Shown here one piece after another: positions 17,015-24,611 of a stretch of 32,000 bases of DNA. Each line of letters opens with the position of its first letter. Position 1 is the stretch's first letter. The notes beneath the pieces were generated by a model. It had not been told where the DNA came from and did no database searches. It saw only the letters and a program-made list of their open reading frames with translations. This DNA comes from Candidatus Nitrosopumilus koreensis AR1. GTDB lineage: Archaea; Thermoproteota; Nitrososphaeria; Nitrososphaerales; Nitrosopumilaceae. Where the stretch lies: assembly GCF_000299365.1 (NCBI RefSeq), contig NC_018655.1, forward strand, positions 1,260,001-1,292,000, in the 5' to 3' direction. The position numbers and the translations under genes are program-made.

Positions 17015-17693
17015 GATTTACTATTTCATCTCCAGACAAGTCATCAACACGTTTCTCTATTACAGTTTTTTTATTGAATTGTTTTAGAATATTTTTCACA
17101 GTCTTTCTTCGGTATGAGAAAATTTCATTAATGGTAGAAATTAGTCTTTTGTCCATATTATTTTTCTTTGTTATTTTCAGAATTACAGAATCAACTTTTG
17201 GAGGTGGTGAAAAATTATTCTTTCTAACATTAGATATTTTTTCTATATCAAATGCATAAGTGGCAATAATACTTACTGCTTTTCGATTCTTGGATTCTGC
17301 AACAAGTTTTTCTGCAAATTCTTTTTGAACCATAATTACTCCATGGGAAAATGAACGTTGAGCCAACCACTCCACAGCATCTTTGCTCTTAGAATAAGGC
17401 AGATTTGATACAAAAATAGAAAATGAGTCTTTTTTCTTGAATCCGTCACCCGATTTTAGAACAAGATTTTCAATATCTGAAAATTCAGTTCTTGCCTTTT
17501 TTACAAGTGTTTCATCTGCATCAATAGAAATCACCTTTTTTGCTTTTTTGCATAATAATGGAGTCAATATACCCAATCCAGTTCCAACCTCAAATACAAC
17601 ATCATTTTTTGTGATTTTAGCCTCAGATACGATAGATTCTGCGATTGTTTTTGAGTTAAGAAAGTGTTGTCCCAGTAGTTTTCGTTTTATCAT
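16992..17693 (-). CDS. ksgA: 16S rRNA (adenine-N6,N6)-dimethyltransferase KsgA/RsmA
   Basis: 233 aa; LLGQHFLNSKTIAESIVSEAKI...VFEVGTGLGILTPLLC...FVSNLPYSKSKDAVEW...FSPPPKVDSVILKI...FSYRRKTVKNIL. Confidence 0.93.
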   Translation of the reverse strand: MIKRKLLGQHFLNSKTIAESIVSEAKITKNDVVFEVGTGLGILTPLLCKKAKKVISIDADETLVKKARTEFSDIENLVLKSGDGFKKKDSFSIFVSNLPYSKSKDAVEWLAQRSFSHGVIMVQKEFAEKLVAESKNRKAVSIIATYAFDIEKISNVRKNNFSPPPKVDSVILKITKKNNMDKRLISTINEIFSYRRKTVKNILKQFNKKTVIEKRVDDLSGDEIVNLAKQILK

Positions 17694-18256
17694 CTCTTAA
17701 CAAAGAGATTCATTCTACTTTCACCAGTAATTTCATCCATGATTCGTTCTGTGATGTGTTTGATTGGTTCTTTGAATCCAACTCTTTCTTGTAAATCCTC
17801 ATAACTCTCAAATTGTTTTTTTTCTCTTTCTTCTAGCATTGTTTTCATGTAAGTTTTGCCTATTCCTGGAATCAATTCTAATGCATGAATTCTAGGGGTC
17901 AATGGTTGTGCTTTGTTCAAGTATTCAACAAATTTTGATTCATTCTCAGTTACAATATTTTCTACAACGTTTTGTAATTCACTTTGAGCAGATGAAGATA
18001 TTTTTTCATAGTCCATCTTTCCCAGTACAGATTGAACTTTGGTTCGTCCTTCTTTTCCAATATAGATTCTCTCACCTACTTCAAAGGTAGAATTTTCAAC
18101 TCCAAGAATTTCCAGGATAGTTAATCTATCTTCACCAATTGCAGTGATGATTATCCCTTCCCTTCCTCTAACAGTAGATGATTTACCTCTAGGATTAAAA
18201 TCTAGAACATATGCATATTCCTCATATTTTCTAGGTGGGGATTGTGCCCTATACAA
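17690..18256 (-). CDS. DUF655 family protein (OB/HhH-containing RNA-binding-like)
   Basis: 188 aa; YAYVLDFNPRGKSSTVRGREGIIITAIGEDRLTILEILG...ELIPGIGKTYMKTMLEEREKKQFESYEDLQERVG; located beside ksgA and rpoF as is usual in archaea. Confidence 0.88.
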   Translation of the reverse strand: MYRAQSPPRKYEEYAYVLDFNPRGKSSTVRGREGIIITAIGEDRLTILEILGVENSTFEVGERIYIGKEGRTKVQSVLGKMDYEKISSSAQSELQNVVENIVTENESKFVEYLNKAQPLTPRIHALELIPGIGKTYMKTMLEEREKKQFESYEDLQERVGFKEPIKHITERIMDEITGESRMNLFVKR

Positions 18257-18276
18257 AATTAAATACTCCTGAGAAA

Positions 18277-18603
18277 TTAAGAATGCTCCTTAATTATCTT
18301 GAGCATTTTTTCCAGAGTTTCAGCAAGAATTAATTTTTTCCAACCAAACGTGAAAGAACGTAACTCTGCCATACTTGTTGGTCTAATGTTAACAATTTCA
18401 ACAGCTTCATCTTCTGTTAATTCACATTCTTTGATGAGTTTTTTCTTCATCTCTTTTGCATCTTTAGGATCAAGTGATACAAATTTTGAAACATAATCAT
18501 AGGTCCAACGTTGTATTTGATCCATCTCTTCAGGATCAACTTTACCTAAGATTTCTTTAACTTCTGAAAGAGAAATAGCTTGTTTCTTTTGTACTTCTTC
18601 CAT
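18277..18603 (-). CDS. rpoF: DNA-directed RNA polymerase subunit F (Rpo4/Rpb4)
   Basis: 108 aa; SLSEVKEILGKV...RWTYDYVSKFVSLDPKDAKEMKKKLIKECELTEDEAVEIVNIRPTSMAELRSF. Confidence 0.9.
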   Translation of the reverse strand: MEEVQKKQAISLSEVKEILGKVDPEEMDQIQRWTYDYVSKFVSLDPKDAKEMKKKLIKECELTEDEAVEIVNIRPTSMAELRSFTFGWKKLILAETLEKMLKIIKEHS

Positions 18604-18605
18604 AA

Positions 18606-18779
18606 CTATACACCGAATGGTTTTATGTGATCCAATCTAGTGATTAAGGTTTTCGATTTAATTTCTACAGGACCTCTAACGATGAGGTCCATGACGTTGT
18701 GGACACCTGCATCGGATAATTTTCTTGTAGTTACAGGACCTACGCCCTCTAAACTATCTAATCTTAAATCTTCTACCAT
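18606..18779 (-). pseudogene. Orphan RadA-like N-terminal helix-hairpin-helix fragment (57 aa)
   Basis: Manual translation MVEDLRLDSLEGVGPVTTRKLSDAGVHNVMDLIVRGPVEIKSKTLITRLDHIKPFGV*; the first ~40 aa look like the RadA N-terminal HhH, and there is no recombinase core. Confidence 0.6.
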
Positions 18780-18790
18780 ACCGTATGGTA
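18774..18790. promoter_or_regulatory. 17-bp near-perfect palindrome over a start codon (possible operator)
   Basis: TACCATAC-C-GTATGGTA: 8-bp arms, 1-nt centre, overlapping the ATG at 18777..18779. Confidence 0.4.
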
Positions 18791-18862
18791 CGGTACCAGT
18801 ACTTTATAAGAGTATTGTTTTAAAAAATGATCGCACAATGATAAAATTTTAGAGAAAATTGA

Positions 18863-19045
18863 CTATCGTCTCTTTCTTCGTTGCCCAGGTTTGTTTTGAC
18901 CAGGGAATCTACCTAAGACAAATCTCTTTTTGAAATTACTCTTGTTCCTAAGACTAGAATTAGTACCTACAATTTTGCGTCCTTCTACCTTTGGAGTTTG
19001 TCCTCTTACTTTGCCTGCTTTTGTAAGCGAACCGTGAGTTGCCAT
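18863..19045 (-). CDS. rps30e: Ribosomal protein S30e
   Basis: 60 aa; THGSLTKAGKVRGQTPKVEG...FKKRFVLGRFPGQNKPGQRRKRR. Confidence 0.9.
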   Translation of the reverse strand: MATHGSLTKAGKVRGQTPKVEGRKIVGTNSSLRNKSNFKKRFVLGRFPGQNKPGQRRKRR

Positions 19046-19085
19046 AATCTACATAGCAAATTAACGAATTTATGTATTTGGAATA

Positions 19086-20819
19086 CTACCAGTATTTTGC
19101 CTTGACAGTTTCGATAACGTGCTCATGTTCTTTGCTCTTTCTGCGAGCATATCTTTCCATAGCACCTAACGGAACACCACCCAGTGACCTTGCAATTGCA
19201 TTGAAAAAGTATCTTTGAGGTCCCTTTGAACCAGTCTTAGTCATGAATTTCTGAATGCCATACTTGAAATTGTGCTGCCATGTCTTGTAAAGAACGCCTA
19301 GTTGTGCAGGAGTCATTTCATTTCCAATATTAAAGAAATCAGACTTTTCAAGTAATCCAATTGGGACAAATGTCAAGGCTGTTGCAGTAAACATAGATTC
19401 AGGTTGTTCATGTTCTAATTCACTGATTAAACGAATAGTTTCCCATGAATCTTCTGGTTGTTCATCATTATCAAGTCCCATGATTAGAGTAAATGCAGGA
19501 ATCCAATAATCCTGGTTTAAGGTCTTTACACCCTCTTTTACAACCCAATGCCATTCATCAGGAGAATAAGGTGCCAGTTTTCTGTCAGCATATTTACCAA
19601 TTAATCTCAAACTTCCAGTTTCAAATCCGGCTTGAACGCCAATCATGTTGTCAGGTCCTGCTTTCATAATTCTAGACAGATTTGGAATTAATTTTTCATC
19701 AGCAATTGCTCCTGCCAATGTTCCATGAGTGGGGTTTGTATGTTCAACACCCGTAGACATGATTGCAGTAAACAGTTCTTCTAATGCTTCTCGATTTGGT
19801 TCCATTCCTTTTGCAGTTCTTGGATCCATTCCATAAACAAAGATATCATCACTATGAACCCATGCAGATTTAGAACCACCTTTCTTAATGTTAATTTCAA
19901 TTTCTCTTTTGACTTTTTCTGGAGGATAATATCTTAGTGATCTTAATGTCACATCACAGAATTTACATCCTCTTCCACAGCCTCTCATAACTTCAATCAT
20001 TCCATGCATACTTGGTTCTACAATGTCTGGAATCTCTTCAAGCTCTGGTCTATCCCAAAAATTAACAAACCTTCCATGAAGTTTTCTGCCGTTTCTTTCA
20101 AATTCTTTAATGTTAACTTTGAAGTCACTTCGTTTTCTGAAAGGATCCATATTTTCAAAGTCACCGTTAATCAAATAGTTGAAGAACCTACCAGCATGTC
20201 CGTCAATCTCGGGTGCAATACCTCCAAGCTCACCTTCTAAAATTGCATAAATTCCAAACTCTTCAATTTTTTCTGGATCATAGTTATATTGCCAAGTTCC
20301 AGATGCGCCCGAAATTACTTTGGCCTTACTTCCAGTTTTAGCTTTGGCAGCTTTGATTCTACGATGTAGTTCAGTGTTGTAATACTCATCATAAGACATT
20401 TGTTTTCTACCATAAGTAAATGTCATAGTTACTGGCCCCATTCCTAATGGATCCATTTCATATGTTCCAACAACTAGTGTTTCAGGTCCAATGAATTTTT
20501 CAATATGATCAGGGTGTGCGACAACAACATCTTGTCTGCTAAATCCGTCTCGTAATAGACCAGCCTCTAGTTTTCGTAAACCGTAAGGAGCATAATTTGC
20601 TACACCATTTGTGTGAGGAATATAATTACAGATAAAATCAAACAAAATCTTTGGAGTCACTTGTTTTCCAAGAATTTTATACCAAAAGCTCTTGGGGTCT
20701 CTATTAGGGTCCAAAGCTGGAGCACATCCAAAAAACGTGGCAAGAGACAATCCCCGGTATGGAGACATCAATGTACGATCAGCAGTTAATACAATTTTTG
20801 GAGTTCCCATTCCCTTCAC
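19086..20819 (-). CDS. Radical SAM protein (B12-dependent-type architecture, archaeal conserved)
   Basis: 577 aa; radical SAM motif MRGCGRGCKFCDVTLRSLRYYPPEKV (C-x3-C-x2-C) in the middle; NMIGVQAGFETGSLRLIGKYADRK; GTG start. Confidence 0.88.
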   Translation of the reverse strand: MKGMGTPKIVLTADRTLMSPYRGLSLATFFGCAPALDPNRDPKSFWYKILGKQVTPKILFDFICNYIPHTNGVANYAPYGLRKLEAGLLRDGFSRQDVVVAHPDHIEKFIGPETLVVGTYEMDPLGMGPVTMTFTYGRKQMSYDEYYNTELHRRIKAAKAKTGSKAKVISGASGTWQYNYDPEKIEEFGIYAILEGELGGIAPEIDGHAGRFFNYLINGDFENMDPFRKRSDFKVNIKEFERNGRKLHGRFVNFWDRPELEEIPDIVEPSMHGMIEVMRGCGRGCKFCDVTLRSLRYYPPEKVKREIEINIKKGGSKSAWVHSDDIFVYGMDPRTAKGMEPNREALEELFTAIMSTGVEHTNPTHGTLAGAIADEKLIPNLSRIMKAGPDNMIGVQAGFETGSLRLIGKYADRKLAPYSPDEWHWVVKEGVKTLNQDYWIPAFTLIMGLDNDEQPEDSWETIRLISELEHEQPESMFTATALTFVPIGLLEKSDFFNIGNEMTPAQLGVLYKTWQHNFKYGIQKFMTKTGSKGPQRYFFNAIARSLGGVPLGAMERYARRKSKEHEHVIETVKAKYW

Positions 20820-20861
20820 GCAATTAATTTTATGATTTATTTTAAACCTTGCTGGTCAAAC

Positions 20862-21680
20862 TTAATAATTTTCTAAAATTCCAGCCTTATTCCTATGATA
20901 ATTGCCAAATTCCTTATTTTGGGATAGGTGTTCACCATCAAAGACAGTTCCATCCTTACATACAAGATCTTCACCCATACAACAACTGCCACATATTCCA
21001 ACACCACACTTCATCATTCGTTCAAGGCTGGCCTGTACAAAGACACCCCTAGAATGAGCAGATTGGACAGTTTTGTACATCATTATTTCAGGTCCACAAA
21101 CATAGACTGCATCATATTTTGTTTGGTTTAGATGTTTTTCAACTAAATCAGTGACAAAGCCTTTTTCACCATAACTTCCATCATCAGTTGAGACGATTAC
21201 TTTGTGAGTATTGTTTGTCAAAAGTCTATTTGCCAGTTCTTCAAAAAATACTTCATTTTTTGACTTTGCACCAATCAAAACAGTCACATCATCTGTATGT
21301 TTGACATGTGTAAGTAATCTCATCATAGGTACAAGACCAGTCCCTCCACCAACTAACAAAAGTTTTCCTTCTTTAAGATCAAAAGAATTTCCATAAGGGC
21401 CTCGAATTCCAATTTGTTGGCCTACTTTCACATTAAACAATCCAGTAGATGCTACTCCATGTTTTCGAACAGTGAATGCTGCTTTTCCAGATTCATCTGA
21501 AATCATCACACTCATGGGTAATTCATTAATTCCAGGAATCCAAACCATTGCAAATTGTCCTGGGAGAACACTTGGCATCACATCATCAGAAAAAACCAGA
21601 GTTCGAACGGTAGGAGTTTCATCAATTACTTTTTCGATTGTAACAATTGTTGTGTGATTATAATTTCTTTGCAAGCCCAA
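20862..21680 (-). CDS. pyrK: Dihydroorotate dehydrogenase electron transfer subunit
   Basis: 272 aa; GQFAMVWIPGINELPMSVM...IRGPYGNSFDL...LLVGGGTGLVPMMRLL...ASLERMMKCGVGICGSCCM (2Fe-2S Cys cluster). Confidence 0.9.
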   Translation of the reverse strand: MGLQRNYNHTTIVTIEKVIDETPTVRTLVFSDDVMPSVLPGQFAMVWIPGINELPMSVMISDESGKAAFTVRKHGVASTGLFNVKVGQQIGIRGPYGNSFDLKEGKLLLVGGGTGLVPMMRLLTHVKHTDDVTVLIGAKSKNEVFFEELANRLLTNNTHKVIVSTDDGSYGEKGFVTDLVEKHLNQTKYDAVYVCGPEIMMYKTVQSAHSRGVFVQASLERMMKCGVGICGSCCMGEDLVCKDGTVFDGEHLSQNKEFGNYHRNKAGILENY

Positions 21681-22569
21681 CCATCTCTTTTATTTTAGAA
21701 TAATTTTTTTTCTCCATGTATTGTAATATTCCTGTATTAATTTCATCAAATACATCTATCCAATTATCACCTATGGCACTTCCAAGTTGTATAGCAGAAG
21801 CTCCTGCTAGGAAAAATTCCACAGCATCCTCCCAAGTAGAAATACCACCACAACCAATAATGGGGATATCATATTTGGATGAAATTTCATAAACACATCT
21901 TAACGCAATTGGTTTGATTGGAGTTCCAGACAAACCTCCAAACTTATTACTAAGGATAGGGCGTTGTGTTTCAACATCTATTGCCATTGCCCTAACGGTG
22001 TTAATTGCAGTAATGGCATCAATTCCAGATTCAATAGCAGTTCCCACAGTGTTTAGATAATGAGTAGTTCCCAAACCAACTTTAGCAATAACAGGCACAT
22101 TAGTAGAATTTTTTACAGTAGAAACAATCTTTTTTACTAGTTCAGGATCATCACCAACCTCCAATCCAACTTTTGCAACATGAGGACAAGACAAATTCAG
22201 TTCATAAGCTGCAACTTTGCAGTTTTCAAATTGTTGAATCATCTTTTCAAAATCTTCAGGAATAGAGCCTACGAGGCTTACAATTATTGGAACATCTTTG
22301 TTAGGTTCAATCATTTTTGCAAAATTTTCTGCACCAGGATTTGAAAGCCCTACAGCATTAATCCATCCTCCTCCCTTAACACTAAAGATTGTAGGATTTG
22401 GATAGCCTTCCCATGGTTCTGTACTAAGAGATTTGGTAACAACAGCCCCTGCACCTGAACGATAAAGACGATTAAAAACATCTAACGAGATTCCTAGAAT
22501 TCCAGAGGCCAACATAACAGGTTTGTTTAATTGGATTGGACCGATGGAAGTTGTAAGATCAGGCTCCAC
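21658..22569 (-). CDS. pyrD: Dihydroorotate dehydrogenase, catalytic subunit (likely GTG start)
   Basis: VEPDLTTSIGPIQLNKPVMLASGILG...GAGAVVTKSLSTEPWEGYPNPTIF...NAVGLSNPG...ELNLSCPH...PVIAKV...NKFGGLSGTPIKPIALRCVYEI...IIGCGGISTWEDAVEFFLAGASAIQLG. The track ORF start at 22776 overlaps nop5 and its first ~69 aa look non-native. Confidence 0.9.
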   Translation of the reverse strand: MEPDLTTSIGPIQLNKPVMLASGILGISLDVFNRLYRSGAGAVVTKSLSTEPWEGYPNPTIFSVKGGGWINAVGLSNPGAENFAKMIEPNKDVPIIVSLVGSIPEDFEKMIQQFENCKVAAYELNLSCPHVAKVGLEVGDDPELVKKIVSTVKNSTNVPVIAKVGLGTTHYLNTVGTAIESGIDAITAINTVRAMAIDVETQRPILSNKFGGLSGTPIKPIALRCVYEISSKYDIPIIGCGGISTWEDAVEFFLAGASAIQLGSAIGDNWIDVFDEINTGILQYMEKKNYSKIKEMVGLAKKL

Positions 22570-22655
22570 TTTGATTAATGGAGGGCAGTTTCGAATATAA
22601 CAGTTGATTTGTGATTCTAGTACCTTTTTTAAAGGCGATTTAGATTGAACTAGAC

Positions 22656-23933
22656 ATGTATTCTGTGATTTTAACAGAATTGGGAATCTCAGTTTTTGAT
22701 GATGATAAACTAGAAAAATCATTTTCATTTTCAAATCCTGTAAAAGAGTATCTTTTAATAAAAAACAAAGAATCAAAACTAAACGAACTCATTAATTATC
22801 TAGCTTCAATTCAAAGAGGAGTTTCAGTAAGTGATGAGTCTCTACTTGCAATTTTAAAAAAAAGTAACATAGATTCTCAAATAATGGATGATTCAGAATT
22901 AGAAAGAATACAAGCATCAAAACCACAAATTATTGTTGATTCAGGATTTGCATCTAATCCTCAGGATGCATTAGGAAAACTAAGAGAATTTGCTTTAGGG
23001 TTATCATCTTCAAAGGTTACAGAAGTATCTGAAAGTCCAGACTTGCACATTATTCAAGCAATTAATTCATTAGATGAGATTGATAAAATTGCAAATGCTC
23101 TAAGTTCAAGATTAAGAGAATGGTATGGATTACATTTTCCTGAACTAGACAACGTCATTGATAGTATCAATGGTTATGCACAAATAGTCATAGCGGGAAA
23201 ACGTGAATCATTAACAAAACAAGTTTTTGAAGATGCAGGTTTTCCAGAATCAAAAGTTGAGATGTTATCTTTAATTTCTACAAAAAGTAGAGGAGGAGAC
23301 ATATCAGATGTCAATTTAACAATTGTTCAATCAATTGCAAAACAAATTTTAGACTTTCATGAATTACGTAAAAAACTTGAAGAACATATTGAATCTGAAA
23401 TGGAATCAATTGCACCAAATCTTTCTGCAATACTTGGCACAGCAGTAGGTGCTAGAATTTTGGGAAGGGCTGGCAGTCTTAAAAGATTGGCATCACTACC
23501 TGCAAGTACCATCCAAGTTCTTGGGGCAGAAAAAGCATTGTTTAGATCATTAAAGACTGGATCTCAACCACCAAAACATGGATTATTGTTCCAACATGCA
23601 ATGGTTCATGCAGCACCTAGATGGCAAAGAGGAAAAATTGCAAGAGCAATTGCTGCAAAAGCAGTCATTGCTGCCAGAGTTGATGTCTATGGCGAGGGAT
23701 TAAACAACACACTGCTTGAAAAGCTCAATATCAGAGTGGATGAAATAGGTAAGAAATACGAAAATCCAACAGAAAAAGACATCAGAAGACCAGAATCATT
23801 TAGACGAGATGGAGGTAATTTTAGAGACAGAGGCGGACGCAGAGATTTACTGTTTTCTTTGCGGGTTTTGCTTCTGCTTTTTTTGTTTTGGCTTTCTTTG
23901 GAGCAGAATCTAATACTTCTTTTTCTTTTTTAA
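22656..23933 (+). CDS. nop5: Nop5/Nop56-like C/D box snoRNP protein
   Basis: 425 aa; LSLISTKSRGGDISDVNLTIVQSIAKQILDFHELRKKLEEHIESEMESIAPNLSAILGTAVGARILGRAGSLKRLASLPASTIQVLGAEKALFRSLKTGSQPPKHGLLFQHAMVHAAPRWQRGKIARAIAAKAVIAARVD. The last ~25 aa after ...FRDRGGRRD look non-native. Confidence 0.93.
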   Translation: MYSVILTELGISVFDDDKLEKSFSFSNPVKEYLLIKNKESKLNELINYLASIQRGVSVSDESLLAILKKSNIDSQIMDDSELERIQASKPQIIVDSGFASNPQDALGKLREFALGLSSSKVTEVSESPDLHIIQAINSLDEIDKIANALSSRLREWYGLHFPELDNVIDSINGYAQIVIAGKRESLTKQVFEDAGFPESKVEMLSLISTKSRGGDISDVNLTIVQSIAKQILDFHELRKKLEEHIESEMESIAPNLSAILGTAVGARILGRAGSLKRLASLPASTIQVLGAEKALFRSLKTGSQPPKHGLLFQHAMVHAAPRWQRGKIARAIAAKAVIAARVDVYGEGLNNTLLEKLNIRVDEIGKKYENPTEKDIRRPESFRRDGGNFRDRGGRRDLLFSLRVLLLLFLFWLSLEQNLILLFLF

Positions 23934-23996
23934 TGCATCAAGTTCGGCCTGAATTTTCTTTGCTTCATCAACTAGTTTGTCTTTTTTCTTTGCCAT
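23821..23996 (-). CDS. Small Lys-rich protein; 28-aa frame-0 product, or ~58 aa through a -1 frameshift
   Basis: Frame 0 from ATG 23996: MAKKKDKLVDEAKKIQAELDALKKKKKY* (stop 23910). After a -1 shift at A AAA AAG (23931..23925) the frame reads ...ALKKEKEVLDSAPKKAKTKKAEAKPAKKTVNLCVRLCL*. SD-like AAGGTGA upstream. Confidence 0.5.
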
Positions 23997-24046
23997 CAAA
24001 TCACCTTATTTTTTAAATTTAACTTCATATTCTCCATAAGTCATTC

Positions 24047-24508
24047 CTATTTAACAGTAAATTTTTCACTAATCGAGATGTTTTTAAGATCTTTTGAAAT
24101 CATTTCTGCTACAATTTGATATGAGCCAGGAGTGTCAATTATTTTTGAAAATTCATCTCCAACAGGAATTAACTCATTTCTTTCATCAAAACACTGTTCA
24201 AAAAATCCACCCTGAGTAATTACATCCTTTCCAGAATAGATGGTTATGTAAAGATCTCCACAATCAAATGATGAATCCTTTACTTCAATTGATACTTCTA
24301 CAGATTCGGAAGAAGAATATGATTTTGATAATCCAATTATTTTAATATCAGAATCATGTGAAGACGAGTCCCTAGAATAAGACATAGAAGGCATCATGTT
24401 TAATTCTCTATCAGGTTCTTGAAGAACAGCACCCATAACAACAGATCCAAAAACGATTGAAAGAATCACGGGTAAAACAAATACAATAAAGGTTATCTTT
24501 GATACCAT
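24047..24508 (-). CDS. Hypothetical secreted/membrane-anchored protein
   Basis: 153 aa; N-terminal TM MVSKITFIVFVLPVILSIVFGSVVMGAVL; beta-rich remainder (SSESVEVSIEVKDSSFDCGDLYITIYSG...GSYQIVAEM). Confidence 0.65.
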   Translation of the reverse strand: MVSKITFIVFVLPVILSIVFGSVVMGAVLQEPDRELNMMPSMSYSRDSSSHDSDIKIIGLSKSYSSSESVEVSIEVKDSSFDCGDLYITIYSGKDVITQGGFFEQCFDERNELIPVGDEFSKIIDTPGSYQIVAEMISKDLKNISISEKFTVK

Positions 24509-24611
24509 TTTATTTTAAAATCGCGGTTTCCCCTATATCTATTTAGCAAAACAATCAACTTCAGATCAATTTGACGAATGAGTTAAATCGTAGCCGACTA
24601 AATATCGCTTG

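Noticed and set aside
16481-17693. Two overlapping methyltransferase genes as a novel modification system
   Set aside because: They are the standard archaeal HemK-like and KsgA genes in a conserved DUF655/rpoF neighbourhood.
22570-22776. N-terminal extension of the pyrD ORF (MILCFLLKDTLLQDLKMKMIF...)
   Set aside because: Overlaps the nop5 start and lacks PyrD-like sequence; the GTG at 22569 gives a normal-length PyrD.
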